NCBI RefSeq assembly: GCF_051903065.1
Contig: NZ_CP178439.1
Length of the DNA stretch: 64,000 nucleotides
Direction: 5' to 3' (one strand)
Source: Escherichia coli
GTDB taxonomy: Bacteria > Pseudomonadota > Gammaproteobacteria > Enterobacterales > Enterobacteriaceae
Shown: one piece after another, positions 1 to 9,730 of the stretch
Numbering within the stretch: position 1 is the stretch's first letter
How the letters are laid out: every line of letters starts with the position of its first letter
Made by a program: the position numbers and the translations under genes
The notes under the pieces: model-generated
What the model was told of the DNA's origin: nothing
Databases searched by the model: none
Seen by the model: the letters and a program-made list of their open reading frames with translations, nothing else

Positions 1-876
1 ATGATTAAAAACAACGAGTTAATCCATCCTTTTGACGTAACCAGTAATGAATCAGGTAAGACTTATCAACTGACGCCTAACTCGTCCAAGTCGGTTCAGC
101 CCGTGGCCCTGTTGAGATTGAGTGTATTTACCCCTGTCGGCACAAAAGAAAACCGCGACCGAAACTTTGAAGTTGATGCCTCTGATGAGCTTTCGTGTAT
201 GGAAATTGCAAGATCGGAGGGTTATGACGACATCAAGATAACTGGTGTCAAACTATCTATGTCTACCGACTTTAAGTGCTGGCTCGGGATCATCATGGCT
301 TTCAGTAAATATGGTTTTACTTCCGAGAAGATTACCCTGACTTTTAACGAGTTTGCGAAGATGTGTGGTATCAGTTCAACAAACATCAACAAACGAACTC
401 GTGCGCGCTTTAAAGAGTCATTAATGAACCTTGCATCGGTAGTGCTTGCCTTCTCAGACTCTCGGAGTGGTCGGTTCACAGTAACGCATCTGGTGCAGAA
501 GGCTATGATTGATCCAAAAAGCGATACTGTTGAGTTGGTTGGGGATCCTTCTATGTGGGAACTGTATCGTTACGACCATAAGACATTGTTAAGCCTTCAG
601 GTTCTATACATTTTGGCTAAAAAAGAAGCTGCGCAATCTCTCTATATTTATTTTGAAGCAATGCCAGCTGGTACGTTGTTCGTTAATATGAAACGGTTGA
701 GGGAAAGGTTGCTTCTTACAACCCCTATTCGTACGCAAAACCAGATAATTCGTAAAGCAATGCGGGAACTTGAATCTATCGGATATCTCGATTATCAAGA
801 AGTTAAGAAAGGTCGCGACATACAATTTCAGATCTTCAAAAGAAGCCCTAAGCTGGCCCTCGCCAAACAAGGTTGA
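1..876 (+). CDS. repA: Plasmid replication initiator RepA (P1 RepA / RepFIB-like family)
   Basis: 291-aa ORF starting at window position 1; blocks VQPVALLRL, EGYDDIKITG, STDFKCWLG, KKEAAQSLY, IGYLD and KKGRD match P1-type RepA as I remember it; iteron-like repeats follow immediately downstream. Confidence 0.75.
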   Translation: MIKNNELIHPFDVTSNESGKTYQLTPNSSKSVQPVALLRLSVFTPVGTKENRDRNFEVDASDELSCMEIARSEGYDDIKITGVKLSMSTDFKCWLGIIMAFSKYGFTSEKITLTFNEFAKMCGISSTNINKRTRARFKESLMNLASVVLAFSDSRSGRFTVTHLVQKAMIDPKSDTVELVGDPSMWELYRYDHKTLLSLQVLYILAKKEAAQSLYIYFEAMPAGTLFVNMKRLRERLLLTTPIRTQNQIIRKAMRELESIGYLDYQEVKKGRDIQFQIFKRSPKLALAKQG

Positions 877-1104
877 AAGCTACCAGGTATGCACTGGTTA
901 TAACATGCTGAAAAATAAGTTATTTATCAGTGCTATGCTTAGTGCTTCTTTTACTACTGGTCTTACATCTCGGCTTAATGTGCAAAAAAGTAACTTTTCA
1001 AACGAACTCCTGACTATTCATCTGTATGCCTTTCTGACTCAAGCGTACATGCTAGCCCATTCATTAAATGCCGTGGAGCAAGATGGTTTCGTGCGCACTC
1101 TATT

Positions 1105-1605
1105 CACGTGAATGCCTTTTGTGGATTACGCCTCTTACATTCATACAAATGCTTTTGATGTCGGTATCCCAAAAAATCATTCATTGAAATGCTTTTGTTT
1201 GCCACTGTATCCCGAGCATAGCTATGCAGTGGTATAAAAAGGCATTTTGGTGAATGGCATTAGGTCGAATGACACACAGTACAGCTTTGTTAAGAGCGAG
1301 AATGGTCCAAGACATCTATGACATTGGGCATCAGAAGGACTATGTGTTTGATATGAGATCAAAAAAATATCAGAAGCATCACAACTCCAATGGCATTCAA
1401 AGAAATGCCTTTGTTTTGTTAGTACACCAAACAACCCAAAATTCATGCAGTTATATCAAAGACTCATTCGCAAAAGGACTCAGCCAGAAAGCATTTGCTT
1501 AAATAGCATTGGCCAAAAGCATTCGAATGAATGATGTTCATATGGACAAGACAAAGTCCCACTCACGCCCAGAGGTGTAAAAGGCATTTAGATGAATGAC
1601 GCACC
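1105..1605. repeat. Iteron-like short repeats downstream of repA (core AATGCCTTTTG / CAAAAGGCATT, both orientations, about 7 copies); incA-like copy-control candidate
   Basis: Copies read near 1108, 1145, 1184, 1246, 1389-1420, 1513 and 1577; the position after the rep gene parallels P1 incA. Confidence 0.45.
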
Positions 1606-2024
1606 GGCCGAGGATTGTATGTAGTTTCTCCAACTGATAGTTGCCGAACCAGGGAGCACAGTGATATGCGGCCTTCTCAGAATCAAGAGATAGATATTAA
1701 GGGAACAAAAAAGATTAGATATGAAGCTTAGTTACCTGCCCGATATCTAGTTAGAGCTTTTCAAACCATCAAAAGTGACTTTTATGCTTGAGGAGTCTCA
1801 TCAGCTTCAGGATTGAGCTTAACGTAATCTTACCCCCTCCCCTCTTTCAAACTTTTACTAAGCGTTCACTGGTACTTTTCAAAGATTATGCTTTAGGCCC
1901 CTTTGCTTAAAAATTCACCAATCGCTAAACGTTAAAAAAAGGGGGTTTATGCGAACGGAAGGATCGGAATAAAAAAGTATTATTCATTCGCGTTTACGTG
2001 AACTCAAATCTACACGGAGTAATT

Positions 2025-2378
2025 ATGGAACTTTCTTTAAATATTGGCCTTAGTGAAAAGAAATCTAACACGGCTGCACTTTTTAAAACAAAAAGCGCAA
2101 AAGTGATTTTGTTTGTTCTGCTGACCGTGCTTTTTTGCGGTCTGGCATATGCGGGTTCAGATGATGGGGCACTGGGAGATATTTGGTCATACATGAGTGA
2201 AAGTATGACTGGAGCTCCGGGCAAAATTCTGGCAGCCGCGATGTTGATCTCAAGCGTATATTTCTCTGTCCTTAAGCCTAACCCGGGCCTGGCACTGGTT
2301 TCATTATTCATGATGCTGGTAATGGCCAACGGCGAGAAAATTATCAGCACCTTTATGGATGCTGGCGTACCGCTGTAA
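2025..2378 (+). CDS. trhA: F-type conjugative propilin (TraA/TrhA-like)
   Basis: About 118 aa with a long leader ending AYA and a mature part with two hydrophobic segments; first gene of a traA-L-E-K-B-V-C-ordered operon; RBS GGAG before the ATG at 2025 (track ORF starts at 1998). Confidence 0.55.
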   Translation: MELSLNIGLSEKKSNTAALFKTKSAKVILFVLLTVLFCGLAYAGSDDGALGDIWSYMSESMTGAPGKILAAAMLISSVYFSVLKPNPGLALVSLFMMLVMANGEKIISTFMDAGVPL

Positions 2379-2428
2379 TTTATTGTTAATCATGCATGAG
2401 GGGGTTCATCCCCCTCTCTGGATTTTTA

Positions 2429-2746
2429 ATGAGTAAGCAGAACGACGTTCCTCAGCATACCTATAGATTCCCTTTCAGGATCAACATGCCTCTACTGATT
2501 TTGTTTTGGGATGCAAAAAAAATAGGGCTTGCATTCATTCTGGTTGCATTTGGGAATATCTTCGAATGCTTCGGGTTTTCTGTTGTAGCAGCGGTTGTAT
2601 ATTGGATTGCGTATAACAAAGCAGCTGAGTCAGGAATAAGAGGATTGCTAAAACACAGACTCTGGTGGCTCGGTTTTTTGCCAGGTAAAGCAGTTTTTAG
2701 TAGCCGTTATTTCAACGATCCATTTATCAGAGATTTGTATTCTTGA
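2429..2746 (+). CDS. trhL: TraL-like pilus assembly protein
   Basis: YRFPFRINMPLLILFWDA matches the TraL YRFP...FWD signature; small membrane protein; position after the pilin gene. Start taken at the internal Met (track ORF 2396). Confidence 0.6.
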   Translation: MSKQNDVPQHTYRFPFRINMPLLILFWDAKKIGLAFILVAFGNIFECFGFSVVAAVVYWIAYNKAAESGIRGLLKHRLWWLGFLPGKAVFSSRYFNDPFIRDLYS

Positions 2747-2757
2747 TGGAGCTATGA

Positions 2758-3546
2758 ATGAAAATGCTAAGTGGCATTAACATCCCTTTTTTCAAAAAAT
2801 CTAAAAAGGATGAAAACGGTGATCTTGAACAGTCATACGTAAAGAAAGATGAAAGTGCTAAGGGACGTTTTTTGGACATTAAAAAACGATTTAGCCCACA
2901 AGCTGAAGCGTCAGGTGCTGGAATTACATACAGCGCCCTGATTAATCGTGATACAAAACTTATCCGCATTAATACTGTTTCAATAGCCGTCATTGGGTTA
3001 TTGGTTGCAAAGATTCTTTTTTTCACTGACCCAGTGACGATTGTTACCCCTCCAAACATGAATGAAGAGATCACGGTTGTTGGTAACAAAGCATCGGAAT
3101 CTTATAAAACACAATGGGCTCTCTTTTTTAGTACCCTTTTAGGGAATATTAATCCAACTAATATTTCCTTTGTGACGGCCTATGTCCTCGATGCCCTTTC
3201 ACCTGAACTACAGGCTAAAACGAGTGAGTCTTTACAGGAGCAGATAAATATCATGCAGGCTCGTGGTGTTGAGCAGACCTTTAAGCCTAATGATATTTAC
3301 TTTGATCCAAAAAATGACATGGTCTATGTCTGGGGTACCAAAACGACTCGACTTGTAAATGTTCCGGACAAAACTGAATCATCGAAATGGACTTATGAAT
3401 GGGTTCTCGGGATGAAAAATGGTCGCCCAAGAATTGCATATGTAAATCAATATTCCGGAACACCGAATATTAAAAAAATTACGATAAACGGCAAAGAGCA
3501 ACTGGCAACGCTGGATAATCCGCCACCGTCTACAGGTAACAAGTGA
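2758..3546 (+). CDS. trhE: TraE-like (VirB8-like) mating-pair-formation protein
   Basis: 262 aa with an N-terminal transmembrane anchor (SIAVIGLLVAKILFF); operon position; GGAG RBS 6 nt upstream. Confidence 0.6.
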   Translation: MKMLSGINIPFFKKSKKDENGDLEQSYVKKDESAKGRFLDIKKRFSPQAEASGAGITYSALINRDTKLIRINTVSIAVIGLLVAKILFFTDPVTIVTPPNMNEEITVVGNKASESYKTQWALFFSTLLGNINPTNISFVTAYVLDALSPELQAKTSESLQEQINIMQARGVEQTFKPNDIYFDPKNDMVYVWGTKTTRLVNVPDKTESSKWTYEWVLGMKNGRPRIAYVNQYSGTPNIKKITINGKEQLATLDNPPPSTGNK

Positions 3547-4817
3547 TGATTAAAAAAAAGGGCTTAGGGTTCAACGCAATTACCGCATTGATCATGCTCA
3601 CGACTTCGAACTGCGTAATCGCTGAAGAATACCAATTGCCAGCAACAATTAATAACCCGGTTGTAATGCCAGTTGGTGCTGACGGATTTCAGAATGGAGC
3701 TGCAAAAGCCATTATTCCGGGTCAAGCTGGTTCTGAACAGTCAGGTGCACAAACAAACCTTAGTGAAGCCGGTAATGCGCAGGGACAAAAACCTACAACT
3801 GATCTCCCTACCGTGCAACTTTCCCCAGCCAGCAATGCTTCGCCTGCGGTAAGCGCTATTACTGGAGCATTATCAAATAATCCTAGTCTCCCCGGATTTG
3901 ACGCACAGACCCGCTCTGGTGCAATTGATAGCTATGGGAGACCAACAGGTACCTCTTCCCAGCAGAATGCAACCAATGCGACCGCCACGTCAAAAGCCGA
4001 TGAACTTTATGTCGAAGCTCGTAACCGATATAAAGAAGTTCAGCGTGTAAATGTGCCGCCTGGTGGGAATGTGGTACTGCCAGTTTCACGAGGACTTCAA
4101 AACAGAATATCGACCAGCTTCAAGAATGCTTCTGTCAGCACTTCTACCCCTGCTGAAGAGGCAAGCATATTTGTTAATGGTGGCGATGTCTTTATTTCAA
4201 CTAATACCGATAAACCAATCGGGATTATGTTGTCGGAAGATCAGGTACCTGAATCGACCTATAACCTGACCCTGGTACCGCTTGATGTTCCCGGTGCGAT
4301 GATTTCAGTTACTACATCTTTAAGCCCATCTATGCAAGCCAAACGTGAAACCTCATTGGATAAGCAAAACTATGAGGAAATGTTGGCCCGCTCCCAGTCA
4401 GAAGAACTGGCTCCATCGGATCCAAAACAAGACGATCATAAACAAAGAATCATTGATTTATTGACTCCTGTGGCTCTTGGTGAGGTCCCTTCAGGATTCA
4501 GTTTACAACAGGACCGACTTTCTCGTATTCCTGCGTCAGAGCAGTCCCCATGTAACTTTAATATGTATGCAAAGCTCGGTCAGAGACTGGTTGGCTCACG
4601 TGAACTTATTGATGTAATTCTTGTGAAAAACGATAAACCATACGGTCAAATCGTTGCTGATCAGCAGTGTATGGCAGAAGGCGTTATTGCAAGTGCTTTA
4701 TTTGATAAAGCATACCTGCAACCGGGAGAAGAAACAGAGCTTTACATAGTCCGGGATAAATTGTTCAAGGAACGCGAGGCCCGGGTTACAACCAGACCAA
4801 GTCTAATCAGAAAATAA
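3543..4817 (+). CDS. trhK: TraK-like secretin-type mating-pair-formation protein
   Basis: 424 aa with a signal peptide; operon position between traE-like and traB-like genes; start overlaps the trhE stop. Confidence 0.5.
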   Translation: MMIKKKGLGFNAITALIMLTTSNCVIAEEYQLPATINNPVVMPVGADGFQNGAAKAIIPGQAGSEQSGAQTNLSEAGNAQGQKPTTDLPTVQLSPASNASPAVSAITGALSNNPSLPGFDAQTRSGAIDSYGRPTGTSSQQNATNATATSKADELYVEARNRYKEVQRVNVPPGGNVVLPVSRGLQNRISTSFKNASVSTSTPAEEASIFVNGGDVFISTNTDKPIGIMLSEDQVPESTYNLTLVPLDVPGAMISVTTSLSPSMQAKRETSLDKQNYEEMLARSQSEELAPSDPKQDDHKQRIIDLLTPVALGEVPSGFSLQQDRLSRIPASEQSPCNFNMYAKLGQRLVGSRELIDVILVKNDKPYGQIVADQQCMAEGVIASALFDKAYLQPGEETELYIVRDKLFKEREARVTTRPSLIRK

Positions 4818-4938
4818 TATGGGAAAAGTTACTTTGCCTGCTCTGCTTGGGGCCACCGTGATTGGTTTTGTCGTATTTGCTTTAACCAGCTTTTACTACA
4901 GGTCAGAATATATACCAAAAAGGGGTAATGACTCCAAC

Positions 4939-5442
4939 TTATTGATAGTGTTTTATGTTCAGATAATGCCCGATGACTTTGTCATGCAGCTCCACCGATT
5001 TTGAGAACGACAGCGACTTCCGTCCCAGCCGTGCCAGGTGCTGCCTCAGATTCAGGTTATGCCGCTCAATTCGCTGCGTATATCGCTTGCTGATTACGTG
5101 CAGCTTTCCCTTCAGGCGGGATTCATACAGCGGCCAGCCATCCGTCATCCATATCACCACGTCAAAGGGTGACAGCAGGCTCATAAGACGCCCCAGCGTC
5201 GCCATAGTGCGTTCACCGAATACGTGCGCAACAACCGTCTTCCGGAGCCTGTCATACGCGTAAAACAGCCAGCGCTGGCGCGATTTAGCCCCGACATAGC
5301 CCCACTGTTCGTCCATTTCCGCGCAGACGATGACGTCACTGCCCGGCTGTATGCGCGAGGTTACCGACTGCGGCCTGAGTTTTTTAAGTGACGTAAAATC
5401 GTGTTGAGGCCAACGCCCATAATGCGGGCTGTTGCCCGGCAT
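4939..5442 (-). CDS. insB: IS1 InsB (normally made as an InsAB fusion by frameshifting)
   Basis: 167-aa [25 protein letters not shown] matches IS1 InsB as I remember it. Confidence 0.85.
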
Positions 5443-5636
5443 CCAACGCCATTCATGGCCATATCAATGATTTTCTGGTGCGTACCGGGTTGAGAAGCGG
5501 TGTAAGTGAACTGCAGTTGCCATGTTTTACGGCAGTGAGAGCAGAGATAGCGCTGATGTCCGGCGGTGCTTTTGCCGTTACGCACCACCCCGTCAGTAGC
5601 TGAACAGGAGGGACAGCTGATAGAAACAGAAGCCAC
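5361..5636 (-). CDS. insA: IS1 InsA
   Basis: 91-aa [42 protein letters not shown] matches IS1 InsA as I remember it. Confidence 0.9.
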
Positions 5637-6033
5637 TGGAGCACCTCAAAAACACCATCATACACTAAATCAGTAAGTTGGCAGCATCACCCAAAAAGGA
5701 GTGTATTAATCGTTCCGGACGCACCCATTAGTATCGAAGATGGCAGTAACGCTTTTCCCGTTCAGACAGTAATAATGAACGATCCAACTCTTATTGATAA
5801 ATTTGTAGGAGAGGACAATATTAATGAGGAGAATGCTTTTGACTATCACAAAAGTAACGTTTTGGAACCTAATTACAAACATGAAATATCTAGAACGAGC
5901 CAGATAGATAAAGCTGAAATGAATCATCCATCTGTTCGTGAAAACTGGGCCAGAGCAGGTGATCCCTATATCGTTCCTCAGATGTCTGACAGCGAACGAA
6001 ATCTAAAAATTAAACGATTCCAGAAACCTACAA

Positions 6034-7401
6034 GTGGAGCTAATCATGGACATTAAAAAGGCCTGGGAAAATAAGACCGTCAGACTTTCTGTTATTGGCG
6101 CTCTGCTGGTAGTGATTGTTTATATTATTAGCCAGTCTATTTTTTCCACACCAGTTAAGAAAGAAAAGAAAACACAGAAAAAAGACATGCAGACCAATTT
6201 GTTGTTAGATGATTCGCAAATGAACAAATTGAGTAATGAAGAAAGCCAGAAAGTATATAAGGAAATGGTTAAGCAAAACCGACTTGATCAAAATGCGGCG
6301 AAAGAGGACCGCGAAAAAGCAGAAAAAGCCCAACAGGAAACTAAAGCCCAAGTTGCAAGTTTAACTTCTCAACTTCAGCAGCTGTCTCAGCAAATTAATG
6401 ATATGCAGACTAATCGAAACGGCAATCGTAACTTGGATGCTGGTAGTTCGCGTAAAACGATTAATGAGCAGGCACCGGCAGCTCCTTATCAGCTTAATGC
6501 TAATGCGCCGATTAATGGCGTAAACCCTAATTACGCGTCTATCACACCTACGCGTAATAGCCCGATGAGAACAATCACACAAAGTTCCATTAAGACTAAT
6601 GGTACCGATGGTGTCATTCAGGTTATGCCCGTGTCTGAAAACAGAATCAAGGAAGGCAGAGAGGTCATTGCAGGAGATAAAGCGCCTACTCGGACTGTAC
6701 GAGGTGATGGTACTGCGCCAGTTGATAGCAAAGCGCGGCATGCTGCCCGAAAAGATGAAATGTTTCTTCCGGCAACATCTATTATCACTGGTGTTCTGAT
6801 TACCGGGCTTGAAGCGCCTACAAGCCTTTCTTCCAAATCAGAACCAATGCCAGTAACAATGCGTATTAAAAAAGATGTCATCATGCCCAATAATTTCACC
6901 ATGGATTTGCGTGACTGTAACCTTCTGGGTTCAGCTGTTGGTGATTTGGCGTCACAGCGTGCTTACATACGTGCCACTTCTATCTCTTGTGTTAATTCAA
7001 AAGGGAAAGCTTTTGACGTAAAACTGGAAGCATATGCTGTAAGTGAAAATGACGGAAAAAATGGGATCCGAGGCACGCTTATCAGCCGAAATGGTAACGC
7101 AATTGCAGGAGCTGCATTTGCCGGTGGACTTTCTTCACTTGCCGGTAGCTTAAGCCCCAGTAAGGTATCTTCACTTAACATCGACCCTAATTCACAGGCT
7201 CAGTATCAGTCCCCTAATTTTGGTGCACTTGGGGCATTAGCCGGGGCTGGTGCAGCTCAAGGTGGCCTTAATCGACTCGTCGATTACTACACCGCAATTG
7301 CAGAACAACAGTGGCCAATCGTAGAAATTAGCCCTGGCCGAGCTATTACATTTGTCGTTCAGACCGGAACTACAATTCCAACGAATCTGACCAGTCGCTG
7401 A
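6034..7401 (+). CDS. trhB: TraB-like (VirB10-like) mating-pair-formation protein
   Basis: 455 aa; N-terminal membrane anchor, coiled-coil Q-rich segment and Gly/Ala-rich C-terminal domain; operon position. Confidence 0.6.
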   Translation: MELIMDIKKAWENKTVRLSVIGALLVVIVYIISQSIFSTPVKKEKKTQKKDMQTNLLLDDSQMNKLSNEESQKVYKEMVKQNRLDQNAAKEDREKAEKAQQETKAQVASLTSQLQQLSQQINDMQTNRNGNRNLDAGSSRKTINEQAPAAPYQLNANAPINGVNPNYASITPTRNSPMRTITQSSIKTNGTDGVIQVMPVSENRIKEGREVIAGDKAPTRTVRGDGTAPVDSKARHAARKDEMFLPATSIITGVLITGLEAPTSLSSKSEPMPVTMRIKKDVIMPNNFTMDLRDCNLLGSAVGDLASQRAYIRATSISCVNSKGKAFDVKLEAYAVSENDGKNGIRGTLISRNGNAIAGAAFAGGLSSLAGSLSPSKVSSLNIDPNSQAQYQSPNFGALGALAGAGAAQGGLNRLVDYYTAIAEQQWPIVEISPGRAITFVVQTGTTIPTNLTSR

Positions 7402-7408
7402 GGTTTAA

Positions 7409-7891
7409 ATGGATAGTTTAGAAAAAAAAGAATCGACTGAATCAGCTGGACCTGAAATCACTAAAAAAATGGTGCGAGAAAGGACAACAAAAAAAATTAC
7501 CTTCGAAATTGATATTGAAAAAATATTGAAGTATTTATTTTTCTTCGCCTTTGCCGTTTTGGTCATTATTTATGGTTATAAAGGCTTTATGAATGTTTAC
7601 GATTACTTCAATAAACAATCACAGCCTTCGTACAAGATTGCAGTGCTTGACATGCCTGAATTACGTAAGGAATTTTTCAAGCATCACGAAGGCCGTACTG
7701 CTGACAATGATAGAACTCAATTCGAAGAATATTTCAGAACATTAATGAAGATCTACCGTGACCGTGGCTATTTAATTATTGATGCAACGCTTGCCGTTAC
7801 TGTACCGGATAGTGTTGAAATCGTCACTTATATGGAACTTGAAGATAGCTCTGAAGCGGTACAATCAAGTTCTTATAATGCAAAGAAGTAG
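7409..7891 (+). CDS. Hypothetical membrane protein inside the transfer operon
   Basis: 160-aa ORF with a transmembrane helix (LKYLFFFAFAVLVIIYGY), tightly spaced after trhB. Confidence 0.5.
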   Translation: MDSLEKKESTESAGPEITKKMVRERTTKKITFEIDIEKILKYLFFFAFAVLVIIYGYKGFMNVYDYFNKQSQPSYKIAVLDMPELRKEFFKHHEGRTADNDRTQFEEYFRTLMKIYRDRGYLIIDATLAVTVPDSVEIVTYMELEDSSEAVQSSSYNAKK

Positions 7892-7904
7892 AGGGCACCC
7901 AATA

Positions 7905-8762
7905 GTGAAAAAGTTACTTTTCCCTTTAATGGCGGCTTTCGCCATTATGGCGAATACGGTCACTTATGCTTCAGAGCAGGTCCTAACTAATAGTGATGCT
8001 GCTGCGTTAATGGCAAAGGCAAAGGAAGGCGGCGTTTCACCCAGTCAGATCTCGGGTGCGTTATCAAAAATGAAAGGATATAAACCTAAGGATGCCATAT
8101 ACATTCCTTCTGGTGGGCTATACCTCTTTCAGGACGAGCGTTCGCAGCTAATGGCAGTAACGACCGATGGCCGATACTCCCTTACTGGGGGAAGCCTTGT
8201 TGATGTAATTAAACGTAAACCTGTTCTGACTGTAGAAGAAATCAGAAATTCCTATTTTATTAGTCTTGATGAGGCCCCCTTCCCTCTGGAAACTGTAGCG
8301 TCCATTCATCTGGGAAATTCAAAGCTTAAGAGACAAGCAGCCATTTTCTTAACACTTGATTGTGACGGTTGCATGGAACTTGTTAAGAAATTTTATGCAG
8401 ATCGGGACAAGTATCGGATAGATATTGTTTTAGTTCCCTCACCCGGTGAGCCAAAAGAAGAGCTTAGAAGGCTCTGGTGTAGTAAAGAAAAAGGAAAAAT
8501 AAACAACCTCGATATTCTTCGTTGGCTAATGGGAAGCAAATCCGACATTGAAAAAAGATTGCTCTCTCAAAAAGAAGCAGAAGAATGTCCGGCGGAACCT
8601 TTGGTAGCGTCATTGATGCTCGCAGGAATTTATAAATTGCAGGGTGTACCTTCAGTTGTCAGACAGGATGGTTTGGCTGGTAATGGCATTCCAAAAGATT
8701 TCGACTACTGGTTGAACCAAAGCGTTGAACCTCTCTTAAAAAATCCATTTGAGACAAATTAA
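7905..8762 (+). CDS. Periplasmic thioredoxin-fold protein with CxxC (CDGC) motif, DsbC/TrbB-like
   Basis: GTG start after RBS GAGGG; signal peptide KKLLFPLMAAFAIMANTVTYA; CDGC motif; F-type systems carry DsbC-like TrbB proteins. Confidence 0.5.
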   Translation: MKKLLFPLMAAFAIMANTVTYASEQVLTNSDAAALMAKAKEGGVSPSQISGALSKMKGYKPKDAIYIPSGGLYLFQDERSQLMAVTTDGRYSLTGGSLVDVIKRKPVLTVEEIRNSYFISLDEAPFPLETVASIHLGNSKLKRQAAIFLTLDCDGCMELVKKFYADRDKYRIDIVLVPSPGEPKEELRRLWCSKEKGKINNLDILRWLMGSKSDIEKRLLSQKEAEECPAEPLVASLMLAGIYKLQGVPSVVRQDGLAGNGIPKDFDYWLNQSVEPLLKNPFETN

Positions 8763-8771
8763 GGCTAGTTT

Positions 8772-9722
8772 ATGAACATCAAAAGATTGGTACTCAGTGC
8801 TCTGGTTGTAGGTACATCCTCATATCTTACGGGGTGCTCCATCGGGAGTTCCGAATCCGAATGTCCAGGCATTGAAAAGGGCGTTATCTGTAAAGGTCCT
8901 CGCGAAGTTATGGAGTTAACTAATAATCGAGATGATCTGTCTGCACTTGCGGGGGAAGAGTCGGAATCGGGAAAGGAGAAATCGGCTGTCAATGACAGCC
9001 GTTATCCAACTGAAATTAGCCCTCCAGGGGAAGTCAAATATCCACAGTCTACAACCCTTAAAAATCAGCCTGTGGCTTATTCAAAAACCGAAATTAAGCC
9101 AGTTGGTCAGTTACCTGTCATGTACGATAAAACTTTAAAAATGGGTGCCCCTACTTCATCCATTGGACCACGGCCTATTTCTGGTGTACCGGTTAATTCA
9201 AACGTAAGGATGACTAGCAGTTATAGCACTGCCTCTTCAGCTGGTAACCCTTTCGTTCATCCGGCTGCGGAAGTCGTTAAACAAACAAGCTATCCGGTTT
9301 CTGCTGGAAATGCACCACGCTACGTTGCACCTAATTCTGATATCAGCCCTGGCAAGGATATGTACTCTCTTTACAATGGCCAGCCCGTTAACCCTACTCT
9401 CAACACTGGGCAGATCCAGCAATACCGTTCGCAAGGTTATAAACAAGCTGTAGTGGCTCCTGAACCACTTGCTGTTCTGCAACAGGGGAAAGTAATGAGA
9501 ATTACTTTTGCACCTTATACCGATGATAACGATGCGCTTAATCTTCCCGGCTACGTTTATGTCAACGTAAAACCGCAAACATGGATTGCTGGCAAGAATT
9601 CGACCTCAAACCCAGCTCGCATAGTTCCTTTAGAAGTACAGGATGCGGCCCGGGAAAATATGCAGCAGCAACAAAAAGCAACTAAAGCTGTCTCTTCGAA
9701 CGGCATTGTTAGACAACTGTAA
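8772..9722 (+). CDS. trhV: TraV-like outer-membrane lipoprotein
   Basis: Lipobox LTGC followed by a Cys-containing stretch; 316 aa; sits just before the traC-like gene. Confidence 0.55.
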   Translation: MNIKRLVLSALVVGTSSYLTGCSIGSSESECPGIEKGVICKGPREVMELTNNRDDLSALAGEESESGKEKSAVNDSRYPTEISPPGEVKYPQSTTLKNQPVAYSKTEIKPVGQLPVMYDKTLKMGAPTSSIGPRPISGVPVNSNVRMTSSYSTASSAGNPFVHPAAEVVKQTSYPVSAGNAPRYVAPNSDISPGKDMYSLYNGQPVNPTLNTGQIQQYRSQGYKQAVVAPEPLAVLQQGKVMRITFAPYTDDNDALNLPGYVYVNVKPQTWIAGKNSTSNPARIVPLEVQDAARENMQQQQKATKAVSSNGIVRQL

Positions 9723-9730
9723 GGTCAAAT

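Larger units (their letters stand above)
4924..5690 (-). mobile_element. IS1 insertion sequence, complete
   Basis: Ends GGTAATGACTCCAAC and GTTGGCAGCATCAC(C) match the IS1 inverted repeats; InsA and InsB ORFs inside; flanked by the direct repeat CCAAAAAGG at 4915-4923 and 5691-5699. Confidence 0.9.
4819..6056 (+). pseudogene. Small membrane-protein gene of the transfer operon, interrupted by IS1
   Basis: ORF 4819..5004 (N-terminal transmembrane helix) and ORF 5775..6056 are in the same frame once IS1 and one copy of the 9-bp duplication are removed; the rebuilt ORF is about 156 aa with no internal stop. Confidence 0.6.

Noticed and set aside
770-1111. 113-aa ORF overlapping the end of repA and the start of the iterons
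   Set aside because: Overlaps repA in another frame and runs through repeat DNA; no RBS.
4786-4803. Ter-like site (reverse complement contains GGTTGTAACCC) at the 3' end of trhK
   Set aside because: Only the GTTGTAAC core matches; the flanking Ter positions do not; a single weak hit inside coding sequence.
4973-5665. ORFs of 96 and 70 aa overlapping insA/insB inside IS1
   Set aside because: Alternative-frame or antisense ORFs within a well-defined IS1.
6361-7181. Minus-strand ORFs (66-126 aa) inside trhB
   Set aside because: Antisense to a well-supported long gene.
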